From: Blochmannia endosymbiont of Camponotus modoc
GTDB lineage: Bacteria > Pseudomonadota > Gammaproteobacteria > Enterobacterales > Enterobacteriaceae
Direction: 5' to 3'
Assembly (NCBI RefSeq): GCF_023585785.1
Contig: NZ_CP097765.1
Coordinates: 60,001 to 92,000, forward strand
Length of the DNA: 32,000 nucleotides
In this document: positions 21,059 through 31,257 of the stretch, one piece after another
Layout: each line of letters starts with the position of its first letter
Numbering within the stretch: the stretch's first letter is position 1
The notes under the pieces: model-generated
The model's input: the letters and a program-made list of their open reading frames with translations, nothing else
What the model was told of the DNA's origin: nothing
Databases searched by the model: none
Translations under genes and position numbers: made by a program

Positions 21059-21129
21059 GGCGCGTTGGCAGAGTGGTCATGCATCGGATTGCAAATCCGT
21101 ATATCTCGGTTCAATTCCGAGACGCGTCT
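21059..21129 (+). tRNA. cysT: tRNA-Cys (anticodon GCA), no encoded CCA
   Basis: GGCGCGT acceptor pairs with ACGCGTC. Anticodon loop is TTGCAAA. T-arm is CTCGG-TTCAATT-CCGAG. It resembles E. coli cysT. One T-T mismatch sits at the top of the anticodon stem. Confidence 0.88.
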
Positions 21130-21143
21130 TTTTATTTTGAACA

Positions 21144-21225
21144 GCCCGGGTGGTGGAATTGGTAGACACAAGGGACTTAAAATCCCTCGGCTTTGACTGT
21201 ACGAGTTCAAATCTCGTCCCGGGTA
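21144..21225 (+). tRNA. leuZ: tRNA-Leu (anticodon UAA), no encoded CCA
   Basis: GCCCGGGTGGTGGAATTGGTAGACACAAGGGACTTAAAATCCCT..., with a long variable arm, T-arm CGAG-TTCAAAT-CTCG and 3' acceptor CCCGGGT plus A. It closely resembles E. coli leuZ and lies 14 nt after tRNA-Cys, as in the E. coli cysT-leuZ arrangement. Confidence 0.92.
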
Positions 21226-21367
21226 GTTTGTTATAATGCTATGTGTGATAAAAATTTTTTAAATATTAAAAATGGTTTTTGTTTAAAAATAAATTGATTC
21301 GATAATTACTAGTATGTGTTTAAAGTGCAATGTCATTATGTTTAATATAGATGGTTATATATAATAG

Positions 21368-22316
21368 TTATTTGTTTTTATTGTTGGTAAATTTACGTGT
21401 AATGTTTATTGGTATACCGGAACGATCTTTTAATGCTTTGTTAATTATTTCATAATCTACGTTGGAATCGTTTATTAATATAGATCGTATTTGTTGTTCT
21501 AAATGTGCTATTATCGATGCTTCTGATCGTTTTTTGTCTTTGTTACAAGACAACGGATTGTGAATTTCTAAATACCGCATACCATTTTTTTCAACAGTAC
21601 TTTTCACAGGTTCATTTATAAATTGCACTTTAGTACCGACGGGGACAATGTTAAATAAGTATTCAATATCTTCAGGACGTAATCTTATGCAACCCCGAGT
21701 TATTCTAAGGCCAATTCCAAAATTGCTATTGGTGCCGTGGATTGCGTAATTTTTTTCTAAGTATAAAGCATATAGCCCCATAGGGTTATTAGATCCAGCC
21801 GGAAATATGGCAGGTAGGATTTCTCCATGTTTAATATATTCATCACGCATATTTTTGGTAGGGATCCAAATTGGATTTTTTTTTATGTGTTATTGAGGTT
21901 ATCCAATATGATGGTGTTGCATTTTTAATGGTCCCGATAGCTATCGGTAACACAATTACGGTATTTTTTTTTTCAGGATAATAGTATAATCGCATTTCAG
22001 CGTTGTTAATAACAATTCCCGAACGAGGCGTATTTGGTAAAATTAATTGATGTGGAATTATTAATCTTTTTTCTGAATCTGGAAGATATACATCGACGTC
22101 GGGATTAGCTTCTAACATATTGCTCATTCCTACTTGAAATTGTGCAGAAAAATACTCAAGAGAATATGTATTGTTTTTAGGTGTGACAATTTCAATATTT
22201 TCGCCTATTAGTCTGTTATTGTTATCAGGTAATGTATAAACAGTAGCAGAAGCTAAATACTGATGTAAACTAGCAACAAAAAATATTATATTATAAAAAT
22301 ATATTTTTGTATTCAT
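21368..22316 (-). pseudogene. L,D-transpeptidase (YkuD / ErfK-YbiS-YcfS family) interrupted by one frameshift in an A9 tract
   Basis: Track ORFs 21843..22316 and 21368..21850 are the two halves of one gene. The first carries a signal-peptide-like N-terminus, a LysM-like segment and RLYYYP. The second carries PAGSNNPMG and the catalytic HGTN...GCIRLR. They join in different frames at CAT-AAAAAAAAA-TCC. Removing one A gives HKKNPIWIPTKNMRDEY, collinear with E. coli LdtC KRANPTWTPTANIRARY. Confidence 0.85.
21876..21884 (-). repeat. A9 homopolymer on the coding strand (T9 on +) at the frameshift point of the L,D-transpeptidase gene
   Basis: Counted directly: ttgga-ttttttttt-atgtg on the + strand. 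Confidence 0.95.
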
Positions 22317-22689
22317 CTTTGTTTATTTTGTTTAAAAATATATGTTTTGTTATTTTTATATATGATTAATAGTATTGTAAAAATTATTTTAAAATTTTTA
22401 GGAACGTTTAATTATAATTTATAATCCATCAATGTAATCTCTCATTATATCAAAAAATTGTATAAAATTGCAGTGGTATATAATAATTTAATTTTTATTA
22501 ATTTCAAAAAGTGATTTCTTAATTAAATAGAAACATTTTGAGTATAATGTGATTTAAATAATATTTAATTATGAAATGAAATGGATAAATTATGCATATT
22601 TTTCGTATCTGCATACGTATCAATAATAATTTATATAATGTGAGTAATTTTATCGGACTGCAATAAGTTGTTTGATTTTGTTTGTTTAA

Positions 22690-23613
22690 TTAATATAAAG
22701 AAGATTCTCCAGGAGGACGGGTTTTAAATCGACGATGTAACCACATATATTGGTCAGGGGCTAGTAAGATTACTTGCTCGATTAATTTATTAATGTGTTT
22801 GATCATATTGATATTCGTATCTAAAGGTATTTCATCTTGTTGATTTGGTAAAATTAGTAGTTCATATCCGAGAATATTAGGTAATCTGCGTGCCACAAAA
22901 GGAACAATTGCAGGTTTGGCTATTTTTGCGAGTATATAAGTACCGATAGTACTCGCTGCATTTGACACTGCGAATAAGGGAGCAAATACACTGTTTTTAT
23001 ATCCATAATCATGATCTGGTGCATACCAAATAATTTCACCGTGTTGTAAAGCTTTGATCATGCCTTTAATATTAGTACGGTCCAACATGGTTTTATTCGA
23101 TCTTAATCGTCCTTTAGTTTGTAACCAGTTTAATAATGGATTATTATTAGGACGGTAGACACCAATGCCTGGATTTAGCATACCTAAAATTCGTGCACCT
23201 AATTCTAAAGTGAAAAAATGCATTCCAATCAGTAATATGCCTTGATTTTTTTTTCGTGCTTGGGTTATATTATCTAGTCCATTAATTTTAAACCAGCGTT
23301 TAATTCTATGTTCTGACCAAAACCAAGCCATTCCAGTTTCAAATATCCCCATACCTATCGATTCACAATTTTTGTTGAACAATTTTTTTTGTTCTTGACT
23401 TGGTAAATTAGGAAAACAGAGTTCTAAGTTTCTACGAATAATATGCATGCGATTTATCATAAAATATTTTGTAATACGACCAATTCTAGTACCAAGATAG
23501 TGTATGATAGGATAAGGGAGTAGTACTAAAATATATAATGTTCCTATACCTATCCAGATTAACCAAAATCGTGGTTGCAAGAAAGAGTAATTAAAAACCG
23601 GAAGTTTTCTCAT
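22690..23613 (-). CDS. lpxL: lipid A biosynthesis lauroyl acyltransferase
   Basis: 307 aa collinear with E. coli LpxL/HtrB: LQPRFWL.W.GIG, HRNLELCFP, GMHFFTLELGAR, GIGVYRPN.NPL..WLQT.GRLRSNK, WYAPDHDYG, QYMWLHRRFKTRP. Confidence 0.94.
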   Translation of the reverse strand: MRKLPVFNYSFLQPRFWLIWIGIGTLYILVLLPYPIIHYLGTRIGRITKYFMINRMHIIRRNLELCFPNLPSQEQKKLFNKNCESIGMGIFETGMAWFWSEHRIKRWFKINGLDNITQARKKNQGILLIGMHFFTLELGARILGMLNPGIGVYRPNNNPLLNWLQTKGRLRSNKTMLDRTNIKGMIKALQHGEIIWYAPDHDYGYKNSVFAPLFAVSNAASTIGTYILAKIAKPAIVPFVARRLPNILGYELLILPNQQDEIPLDTNINMIKHINKLIEQVILLAPDQYMWLHRRFKTRPPGESSLY

Positions 23614-24018
23614 ATGCAGCAGTCAACATCATATAAACGGCATAATAAAAATGTATTAGCGTATATTTACAGTATTAATTGTTACAATCATATATATTTT
23701 AGGCATTTATTTTTATAAAATTGTACGTATCTATACTAAATATAGAATATCTTAAATTGTTTATGTAATTTTGCAGCGAATAAAATTTTTTAAAATTAGA
23801 CATATAGGTTCATGCGTGTAGACAATATATTTATGTTAATTAGTTATTTCTTTAGAGGTTGTAAAGCTTAAAAATCAGGATATAATTGTAAATTTATTTT
23901 ATTAAAAAATAAAGAATTAGTTTTTATTTTGGATTATATTTTGGACATATGAAAGGTATGTGTATGTAACGAGCTTTCGAGAGTTATTTTAGCGCTATGT
24001 CACATTTATTTAGTAGTA

Positions 24019-26610
24019 TTATTGCATTTTTTTTAAGGTAATTTTTTCTCGACGTTGTTGTAATCGGTATTTAAAATTTATACGAAAATGACGAGAAGAT
24101 CGGCGTATACGCCGAATCAGTTGTGTACGGTTATTGTTGTTTTGTTGAGATATGTTGTTATTCTGTTTAGCAGTGCTATGCTTAAAATGTGGATAATGTA
24201 TGATAGTATTGGTATTTTTTGGAATATGTAGAGTATTTGACATCAAATCAGAGGTATGAATATTTTTAGAATTATCAATAGTATTAGAATTTACTTCAGC
24301 AACGGTAGTTTTTTTGTCAAAAATGCGGGAATCTGGTGTATTATATGTTCTGTAGGAATTGATATTTATAGATGCTACTGGTTCTTTATTTACTTGCATA
24401 TGTAAGTTGTGTTCAGATTGGTGATGTTTTCGCCATATCCAATATTCTGAATGATGTGCCTTATTTAAGTACTGATGTTTAACGTCGTGCGTATATCTTT
24501 TTTTATATCTCTGTATAGATGGTTTTTTCGTTATTTTTTCAAGAGACTGTATTGGATCAGTGTAGCAGGGAGTAGGTGCAGATTTGTAAATATTGTCATT
24601 AAATTTTGATAGAGACTTAGTATTATTATTATTTTTATTAAAAAAATCTGTTATTTTTTTACGATTATTTAAATCAGTTTTATTTTTTGTATTATGGGTA
24701 TAATTTTTTTTATTATTATTGTTGTATTTAGAATAAAAATTCGGATATGATTTTAAATAATGATTTACGGTCTGAGACGGTTTGTGTTGATATATAATTT
24801 TAGTGTATATCCAATTGATGTTTTTGGTGATTATTTTTGATAATATTTGTTTTAAATTATTATAACTTGTGATACATAAACTGAGTATTTTATGGCAACG
24901 ATTTTTGATTTTATCAAACCATGGTATTTCTCTTTTTGATTTAAATTGCAATTTGAAATTTGCATAATAAAAAATTTTATTATAAGTAGGTACTAAATTT
25001 GATGGGGTGTTTGTTGTTGACTGTAGTTTTTCTGTAGTATCAGTGTAATTTGAAGAAATTATTTCTCCTGATGATTGGGTTATTTCATAGTCTTGATTTG
25101 TTGCTAACAAATAGCTTGGTTTATTGTATGTTTCTCCTTTACGTATACGTCGTATTTCGTAATTTGGAGTTTTCATTTGTTCGTAAGGCACTATAATGGC
25201 ACGTACTCCTTTTTGTCGTTGTTCTATATCGCTAATGGCTTTTCTTTTTTCATTGAGTAAATATGAGGCGATAGCTACAGGAACGATAGCATGTACTTCA
25301 TAGGTATTATCCTTTAGTGCTTCTTCTTCAATTAAACGTAAAATTGATAGAGAAAGAGATTCATTGTCACGAATGCTGCCTGTTCCGCTGCAACGCGGGC
25401 AAATATGATGACTTGATTCTCCAAGCGACGTACTTAATCTTTGTCTAGATAGTTCTAATAAACCAAATTTAGAAATATGTCCTATTTGAATGCGGGCGCG
25501 ATCTTGATGCACCGCTATTTTTAGGCTATTTTCAATTTCTCGTTGATGTCGAATTGGAGTCATGTCTATGAAATCTATAACAATTAATCCACCTACATCA
25601 CGAAGACGTAACTGACGCGCTATTTCATCAGTTGCTTCTAAATTGGTATGAAAAGCTGTATCTTCAATGTCTGCTCCTTTAGTAGAGCGTGCAGAATTAA
25701 TATCGATTGCTGTTAGAGCTTCGGTAGTATCTATAACAATGGAGCCTCCAGATGGCAATCTTACTTCTCGTTGAAACGCTGATTCTATTTGAGATTCTAT
25801 CTGGTAGTGACTAAATAAAGGAATATCGCCATTATAAAATTTTATTTTTTTAATGAAATCTGGGCGACCTAAAGAAGTTATATGTTCTTTAGCTAAATTC
25901 ATAATTTTGGGATTATCAATCAGAATTTCTCCTATATCTGGGCGTAAATAATCTCTAAATGCACGCACAATAACATTACTATCCTGATGAATTAAAAAAG
26001 GAGCAAAGTGCTTTTCTGCAGTATTTTTGATGGCTTTCCAATGTTGTAAACGAGAAGTTAAATCCCATTCTAATGCCTCGATAGATTTTCCCAGCCCAGC
26101 GGTACGAATAATTAAACTCATTCCTTCAGGTAATTCTAAAGTAGATAGAATTTCTTTTAATCCGACACGATCGTTTCCCTCAATTCGTCTTGAGATTCCA
26201 CCGGATTTGGGATTATTTGGCATGAGTACTAAATAGCTACCTGCTAAACTGATAAAAGTAGTTAATGCAGCACCTTTATTGCCTCTTTCTTCTTTATCTA
26301 TTTGTACAATTAGTTCTTGTCCTTCACATAAAATTTCCTTAATATTGAATTTATTATAGGAAGATGACGAAGAAAGAAAATATTCGTGCGAAATTTCTTT
26401 TATAGGAAGAAATCCGTGTCGTTCGACGCCATAATCTACAAATACTGCTTCTAAACTAGGTTCAATTCGGATAATTTTTCCTTTATAAATATTTGATTTC
26501 TTTTGTTCATGACCCACTGTTTCAATATCTAGATCATATAATCGTTGCCCATCTACTAATGCTACTCGTAATTCTTCTTGCTGAGTAGCGTTAATTAACA
26601 TTCTTTTCAT
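24019..26610 (-). CDS. rne: ribonuclease E (conserved catalytic N-terminal half, strongly diverged and shortened C-terminal half)
   Basis: 863 aa. Residues 1 to about 520 are collinear with E. coli RNase E: [49 protein letters not shown] and the Zn-link CPRCSGTG. The remainder is N/K/T/Y-rich low complexity and ends in [12 protein letters not shown]. Confidence 0.95.
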   Translation of the reverse strand: MKRMLINATQQEELRVALVDGQRLYDLDIETVGHEQKKSNIYKGKIIRIEPSLEAVFVDYGVERHGFLPIKEISHEYFLSSSSSYNKFNIKEILCEGQELIVQIDKEERGNKGAALTTFISLAGSYLVLMPNNPKSGGISRRIEGNDRVGLKEILSTLELPEGMSLIIRTAGLGKSIEALEWDLTSRLQHWKAIKNTAEKHFAPFLIHQDSNVIVRAFRDYLRPDIGEILIDNPKIMNLAKEHITSLGRPDFIKKIKFYNGDIPLFSHYQIESQIESAFQREVRLPSGGSIVIDTTEALTAIDINSARSTKGADIEDTAFHTNLEATDEIARQLRLRDVGGLIVIDFIDMTPIRHQREIENSLKIAVHQDRARIQIGHISKFGLLELSRQRLSTSLGESSHHICPRCSGTGSIRDNESLSLSILRLIEEEALKDNTYEVHAIVPVAIASYLLNEKRKAISDIEQRQKGVRAIIVPYEQMKTPNYEIRRIRKGETYNKPSYLLATNQDYEITQSSGEIISSNYTDTTEKLQSTTNTPSNLVPTYNKIFYYANFKLQFKSKREIPWFDKIKNRCHKILSLCITSYNNLKQILSKIITKNINWIYTKIIYQHKPSQTVNHYLKSYPNFYSKYNNNNKKNYTHNTKNKTDLNNRKKITDFFNKNNNNTKSLSKFNDNIYKSAPTPCYTDPIQSLEKITKKPSIQRYKKRYTHDVKHQYLNKAHHSEYWIWRKHHQSEHNLHMQVNKEPVASININSYRTYNTPDSRIFDKKTTVAEVNSNTIDNSKNIHTSDLMSNTLHIPKNTNTIIHYPHFKHSTAKQNNNISQQNNNNRTQLIRRIRRSSRHFRINFKYRLQQRREKITLKKMQ

Positions 26611-27127
26611 TATAATTTTTGCTCAATGTTGATATATTGAAATATAGATATTTTGATTTAAATATCTAATTATTTTCAGTATTTTTATAGTTTGATGTTT
26701 AATAGATTTGCATTTACAACTTAAATGTATAATTATTTTTTGTCTAGAAGGTTCCTGGAATTGTTAATAAATATATCTATGCAAATCATAATATTAGTTA
26801 TCGATAGACTATTGTATTGTACATAACATCATTACGAATGATATTTATTATTGTTGTTATTTTTAGAATATATCAGTTATAAGTAATCTTATTGTAATCA
26901 AATAAACTAATAATTGTACTTGGTATTAGATGAAAAATAACACTGTAAAAATTATATACGTGTGAAATTAAATGTTTTAATTTAAAATTATTAATTGCGA
27001 ATATTAAATATATTAATTTTACAGTATTTATTATGCAAACTTATATTAGCTTGCTAAAAATTATAATTTTTTTCATTATCTTTATCATTATTATATTAAA
27101 ACAATTATGTAATTGCCATGGTTTCTT

Positions 27128-28099
27128 ATGAAAGAACATGATATTCATATACATTTTATTAGAATTTCTTCAAATTCTTCTGGTCAAAGAATTGATAATT
27201 TTTTGTATACTTATTTAAAAGTAGCACCTAAATCTATGATTTATAGAATTATACGAACTGGCGTAATACGTGTTAACAAAAAAAGAATTAAATTTCAGTA
27301 TAAGTTGCAAATAGGAGATTTATTAAGAATTCCTCCAATAAGAGGAATAAAAATTAATAGATTTAATACGAAATATATGGAAGAAGTTGCATTTTTACAG
27401 AATATCATAATTTATGAAGATGATGATTTATTAGCACTGAACAAGCCTACTGGTATTGCTGCGCATGGAGGAAGTGGTCTTAAATTTGGTGTTATTGAAG
27501 GATTACGAGCATTGCGTCCTAAAGCACAGTTTTTAGAGTTAGTTCATCGTTTAGATCGAGAAACTTCTGGTGTGTTATTAGTGGCTAAAAGACGTACTGC
27601 TTTAGTATATTTACATGAACAGTTACGTTTACAAAATATGAAAAAGGAATATTTAGCTTTAGTACATGGAAGATGGGATGTAAATCTACAAATAGTATCC
27701 GCGCCATTGTTTAAAAAAAACACTTTATTTAACAGTAACAGAGTTGTTTACATAGACTCTGAAAAGGGAAAATTTTCTACAACTCATTTTCAAATTAAAG
27801 AACATTTTGATAGTGTAGCGACTTTTCTGGCAATTAAACCTATTACTGGACGCACACATCAGATTAGAGTACATACTCAATACGTGAGTCATCCTATTGT
27901 AGGGGATAACCGGTATGGTAATTATCAGTCTAATATTCGATTTAAACGATTTGGATTTAATCGATTATTTTTACATGCTTCTATATTGCGTTTTATACAT
28001 CCAAACACAAAAAAAAATTTCCATATACATGCGCCATTAGGTCAATCATTTCAGAATTGCTTATTTTTTTTAAGAAATTTATCTATAAAAAAGTTATGA
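27128..28099 (+). CDS. rluC: 23S rRNA pseudouridine synthase RluC
   Basis: The track ORF starts at TTG 27113. In-frame ATG 27128 (MKEHD...) fits the E. coli RluC length. It has the S4-like N-terminus GQRIDNFL...PKSMIYRI.R.G..RVNKKRIK and the catalytic HRLDRETSGVLLVAK and TGRTHQIRVH. It is divergent from rne, as in E. coli. Confidence 0.92.
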   Translation: MKEHDIHIHFIRISSNSSGQRIDNFLYTYLKVAPKSMIYRIIRTGVIRVNKKRIKFQYKLQIGDLLRIPPIRGIKINRFNTKYMEEVAFLQNIIIYEDDDLLALNKPTGIAAHGGSGLKFGVIEGLRALRPKAQFLELVHRLDRETSGVLLVAKRRTALVYLHEQLRLQNMKKEYLALVHGRWDVNLQIVSAPLFKKNTLFNSNRVVYIDSEKGKFSTTHFQIKEHFDSVATFLAIKPITGRTHQIRVHTQYVSHPIVGDNRYGNYQSNIRFKRFGFNRLFLHASILRFIHPNTKKNFHIHAPLGQSFQNCLFFLRNLSIKKL

Positions 28100-28240
28100 T
28101 TGTTTATTGGAAAATATTAGTAAAAATATAGATAATTTAAAATAATTAAAAATTGATTATTGTTAATTTCTATTAGAAGGATGATATGTGTAATTTTATT
28201 TTAAAATAATTGTGCCGATTTATTTTTTTTAATAAAAAAT

Positions 28241-28277
28241 ATAAGTAAATTAAACATTGATTTAATTACTTATTTTT
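28241..28277 (+). terminator. imperfect AT-rich hairpin plus T-run about 140 nt downstream of rluC (candidate intrinsic terminator)
   Basis: ATAAGTAAATTAAA and TTTAATTACTTAT pair as 7 bp + 1-nt bulge + 6 bp around the loop CATTGA, followed by TTTT. The stem is weak because it is almost all A-T. Confidence 0.3.
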
Positions 28278-29045
28278 AATAAAAACATTTTATGAAACAT
28301 GAATTTTTTGGAGTAACCGTATAATTGAATTATTAACTATGTAGTTAATGTTAATTACAAATATTTAGAAACTTTATCTTAAAGAATAAAAAAATTAATC
28401 AATTGTTTTGATGACTTATGAAGTACATGTATATTTTAGCAATGTTGATTATGAGTAAGAATGTAATCTGTAGGATGATCTATATAATATCATGAGTTAA
28501 GGATTGTATATATTTAAATGAATTGAATTTTGTTGAAATATATCATGAAATTTTATTGGTTGAATTGATGTGTTAGTAATTGATGTTAAAAGATCTATTT
28601 TTAATGTGTCTTAAATGATATTTTTTATTTTAAAAAGCAGTAAGTTCATAAAATGAAACTGTAAAAATATAGCATTATGATATATTGGTATATTTTATAT
28701 CAATTTATTTTTTATACAATTTAAAATATATAGTTATGTGTGTAAATGCAGTGATTACATGGGGTCACTATTTTTTAAACAGTTAGAAACATGTTTTGTG
28801 ATAATGTAAAAAAGGTAGGTTGAATAAATAAAAAATTATATTTGCGGAACGATAGATAATTAATCATAATATATTTTTTGGTAAATAATTATTTTTATAT
28901 TGAAAATGAACAATATTTTTATCTTAAAAAACTACATGGTGTGTAATAAATAAGTGAATATTTTAATTATTAGTCGATTTCATTAGGATTAGATCGGTCT
29001 TTGGATGAAAAATAATATTGAAATATATCAAAAGGAGAGTATAGC

Positions 29046-29216
29046 ATGGCTGTACAACAAAATAAATCTACTCGTTCTACAAGAGGAATGCGTCGTTCTC
29101 ATCATGCGCTGCGCTTGGTTACTATATCAGTAGATCGGACATCTGGAGAAACACATCGACGTCATTATGTTACTTTTGATGGATTTTATCGTGGGCGAAA
29201 AATGATTGAGAAGTAA
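29046..29216 (+). CDS. rpmF: 50S ribosomal protein L32
   Basis: It is below the track size cut-off. Hand translation gives [56 protein letters not shown] (56 aa), collinear with E. coli L32. AAGGAGAG lies 7 nt upstream of the ATG. Confidence 0.95.
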   Translation: MAVQQNKSTRSTRGMRRSHHALRLVTISVDRTSGETHRRHYVTFDGFYRGRKMIEK

Positions 29217-29219
29217 TTT

Positions 29220-30275
29220 TTGAAAAACGATATACAGTTACAAAATTTGGTTATTGCATTAGATGCAATGGGTGGCGATTTTGGTCCTGTGGTAACGGTG
29301 CCTGCTTCTTTAAAAGCATTATCTTTATATCCACAACTTAGATTGTTACTTGTTGGAGATCCTGATGCAATTTTACCCATATTAGCAGAATCAAAATCTA
29401 TAAGTATTGATAGATTAACTGTTATTCCATCAAAATCGGTAATCAGAGGAGATGTGAGGCCTGCTCAGGCTATCAGAGTGAGCAAAGATACCTCGATGCG
29501 TGTAGCTTTAGAGCTTATCAAGTCAGGTCGCGCTCACGCTTGTGTTAGCGCAGGAAATACAGGGGCTCTCATGGGTTTATCTAAATTAGTACTTAAATCT
29601 GTACACGGTATTGAACGCCCTGCTTTAACGACGTTGCTGCCGCATCAAAAACAAGGAAAAACTGTTATTTTGGATTTAGGAGCGAATATTTCATGTGACG
29701 GCGCAATGCTGGTACAGTTTGCGATCATGGGTTCAGTATTATCAAAGCAAATTTTAGGAGTAAGTAATCCAAGAGTAGCATTATTAAATATCGGATCAGA
29801 AGAAACTAAAGGATTAGATAATATTCGTCACGCTTCCAGGATATTGCATACTATTTCATCAATTCATTATGTTGGTTATATTGAGGCGAATGATTTATTA
29901 TTGGGGAAAACAGATGTTTTGGTTTGTGATGGATTTATTGGCAATATTACTTTAAAGACTATGGAAGGGGTGATAAGAGTTATTTTATCAACATTACAAT
30001 CGTCAGGAAAAAAAAATAAGCCGAACTGGTTTATGCAAATTGTTAATTTTTGGATCAGAAAGTATCTGTTTAAGCAATTTAATCAATTTGACCCTGATTG
30101 GTATAATGGCGCTCACTTGGTAGGTTTGCGTAGTACGGTAATAAAAAGTCATGGAGCAGCTAATCAACACGCATTTATCGCCGCTATCACACAGGCAATG
30201 CATTCCGTGGAACGGGAGGTTCCAGAAAAAATTTCTCATCAATTAAGCGCAGTGCTATCTAAAAATAATCATTAA
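29220..30275 (+). CDS. plsX: phosphate acyltransferase PlsX
   Basis: Collinear with E. coli PlsX: [51 protein letters not shown]. There is no in-frame ATG before the conserved block. The start is probably TTG 29220 (3 nt after the rpmF stop, same frame) or TTG 29247. Confidence 0.9.
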   Translation: MKNDIQLQNLVIALDAMGGDFGPVVTVPASLKALSLYPQLRLLLVGDPDAILPILAESKSISIDRLTVIPSKSVIRGDVRPAQAIRVSKDTSMRVALELIKSGRAHACVSAGNTGALMGLSKLVLKSVHGIERPALTTLLPHQKQGKTVILDLGANISCDGAMLVQFAIMGSVLSKQILGVSNPRVALLNIGSEETKGLDNIRHASRILHTISSIHYVGYIEANDLLLGKTDVLVCDGFIGNITLKTMEGVIRVILSTLQSSGKKNKPNWFMQIVNFWIRKYLFKQFNQFDPDWYNGAHLVGLRSTVIKSHGAANQHAFIAAITQAMHSVEREVPEKISHQLSAVLSKNNH

Positions 30276-30280
30276 TATAC

Positions 30281-31234
30281 ATGTTTACTAGAATTCTTGG
30301 AACAGGGAGTTATTTACCTAAAAACATTAGATCTAATATTGTTTTAGAAAAAATGGTAGATACATCGCATGAATGGATTGTCGCTCGTACTGGTATTCAA
30401 GAACGGCGCATTTCTACCTCTGATGAAACTGTTGCCAAAATGGGTTATTTTGCTGCTAAAAGAGCTTTAGATATGTCTTGTGTGCACGCTGACAAAGTAG
30501 GGATTATTATTGTTGCAACTACATCTTCCAGCCATGCATTTCCTAGTTCAGCATGTCAAATTCAACGTGATCTACATATACGAGATACTATTGCCTTCGA
30601 CTTATCAGCAGCTTGTTCTGGATTTGTTTATGCACTAGGTGTAGCGGATCAATATGTTAAAAATGGAAGCGTAGATTATGCTTTGGTTGTAGGGTCAGAT
30701 ACTTTAAGTCATACTTTAAATCCTAGAGATCGTGGAACGTTGGTTTTATTTGGGGATGGAGCAGGAGCAGTAGTACTTGGTCGCTCGAAAACACCAGGTA
30801 TTATTTCTATTCACTTACATGCAGATGGAGATCATGGGGATTTATTGACTCTTCCTAATTGTAATAGGAAGAGTCCTTCTATATCTAATTATTTAACCAT
30901 GTCTGGCAACAAAGTATTTAAAATAGCTGTTTCTGTTTTAGCACGTGTTATAGATGAAACTTTGAATGTTAATAATTTACATCAAGCTGAATTAGATTGG
31001 TTAGTCCCGCATCAGGCTAATTTAAGAATTATTTCTGCTACTGCTAAACGATTAGATATGGATATGAGAAAAGTAGTAATTACGATTGACAGACATGGGA
31101 ATACATCTGCAGCTTCTGTTCCTTTAGCGTTAGATGAAGCTGTACGTGATGGTCGTATCAAGTCAGGTCAATTAGTATTACTAGAAGCGTTTGGGGCTGG
31201 ATTTACCTGGGGTTCAGCGTTGTTACGGTTTTAA
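30281..31234 (+). CDS. fabH: 3-oxoacyl-ACP synthase III
   Basis: 317 aa. [26 protein letters not shown], catalytic Cys in [11 protein letters not shown], then HQANLRI and GNTSAAS. Confidence 0.96.
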   Translation: MFTRILGTGSYLPKNIRSNIVLEKMVDTSHEWIVARTGIQERRISTSDETVAKMGYFAAKRALDMSCVHADKVGIIIVATTSSSHAFPSSACQIQRDLHIRDTIAFDLSAACSGFVYALGVADQYVKNGSVDYALVVGSDTLSHTLNPRDRGTLVLFGDGAGAVVLGRSKTPGIISIHLHADGDHGDLLTLPNCNRKSPSISNYLTMSGNKVFKIAVSVLARVIDETLNVNNLHQAELDWLVPHQANLRIISATAKRLDMDMRKVVITIDRHGNTSAASVPLALDEAVRDGRIKSGQLVLLEAFGAGFTWGSALLRF

Positions 31235-31257
31235 TTATGAGAGGAATATTAATTATT

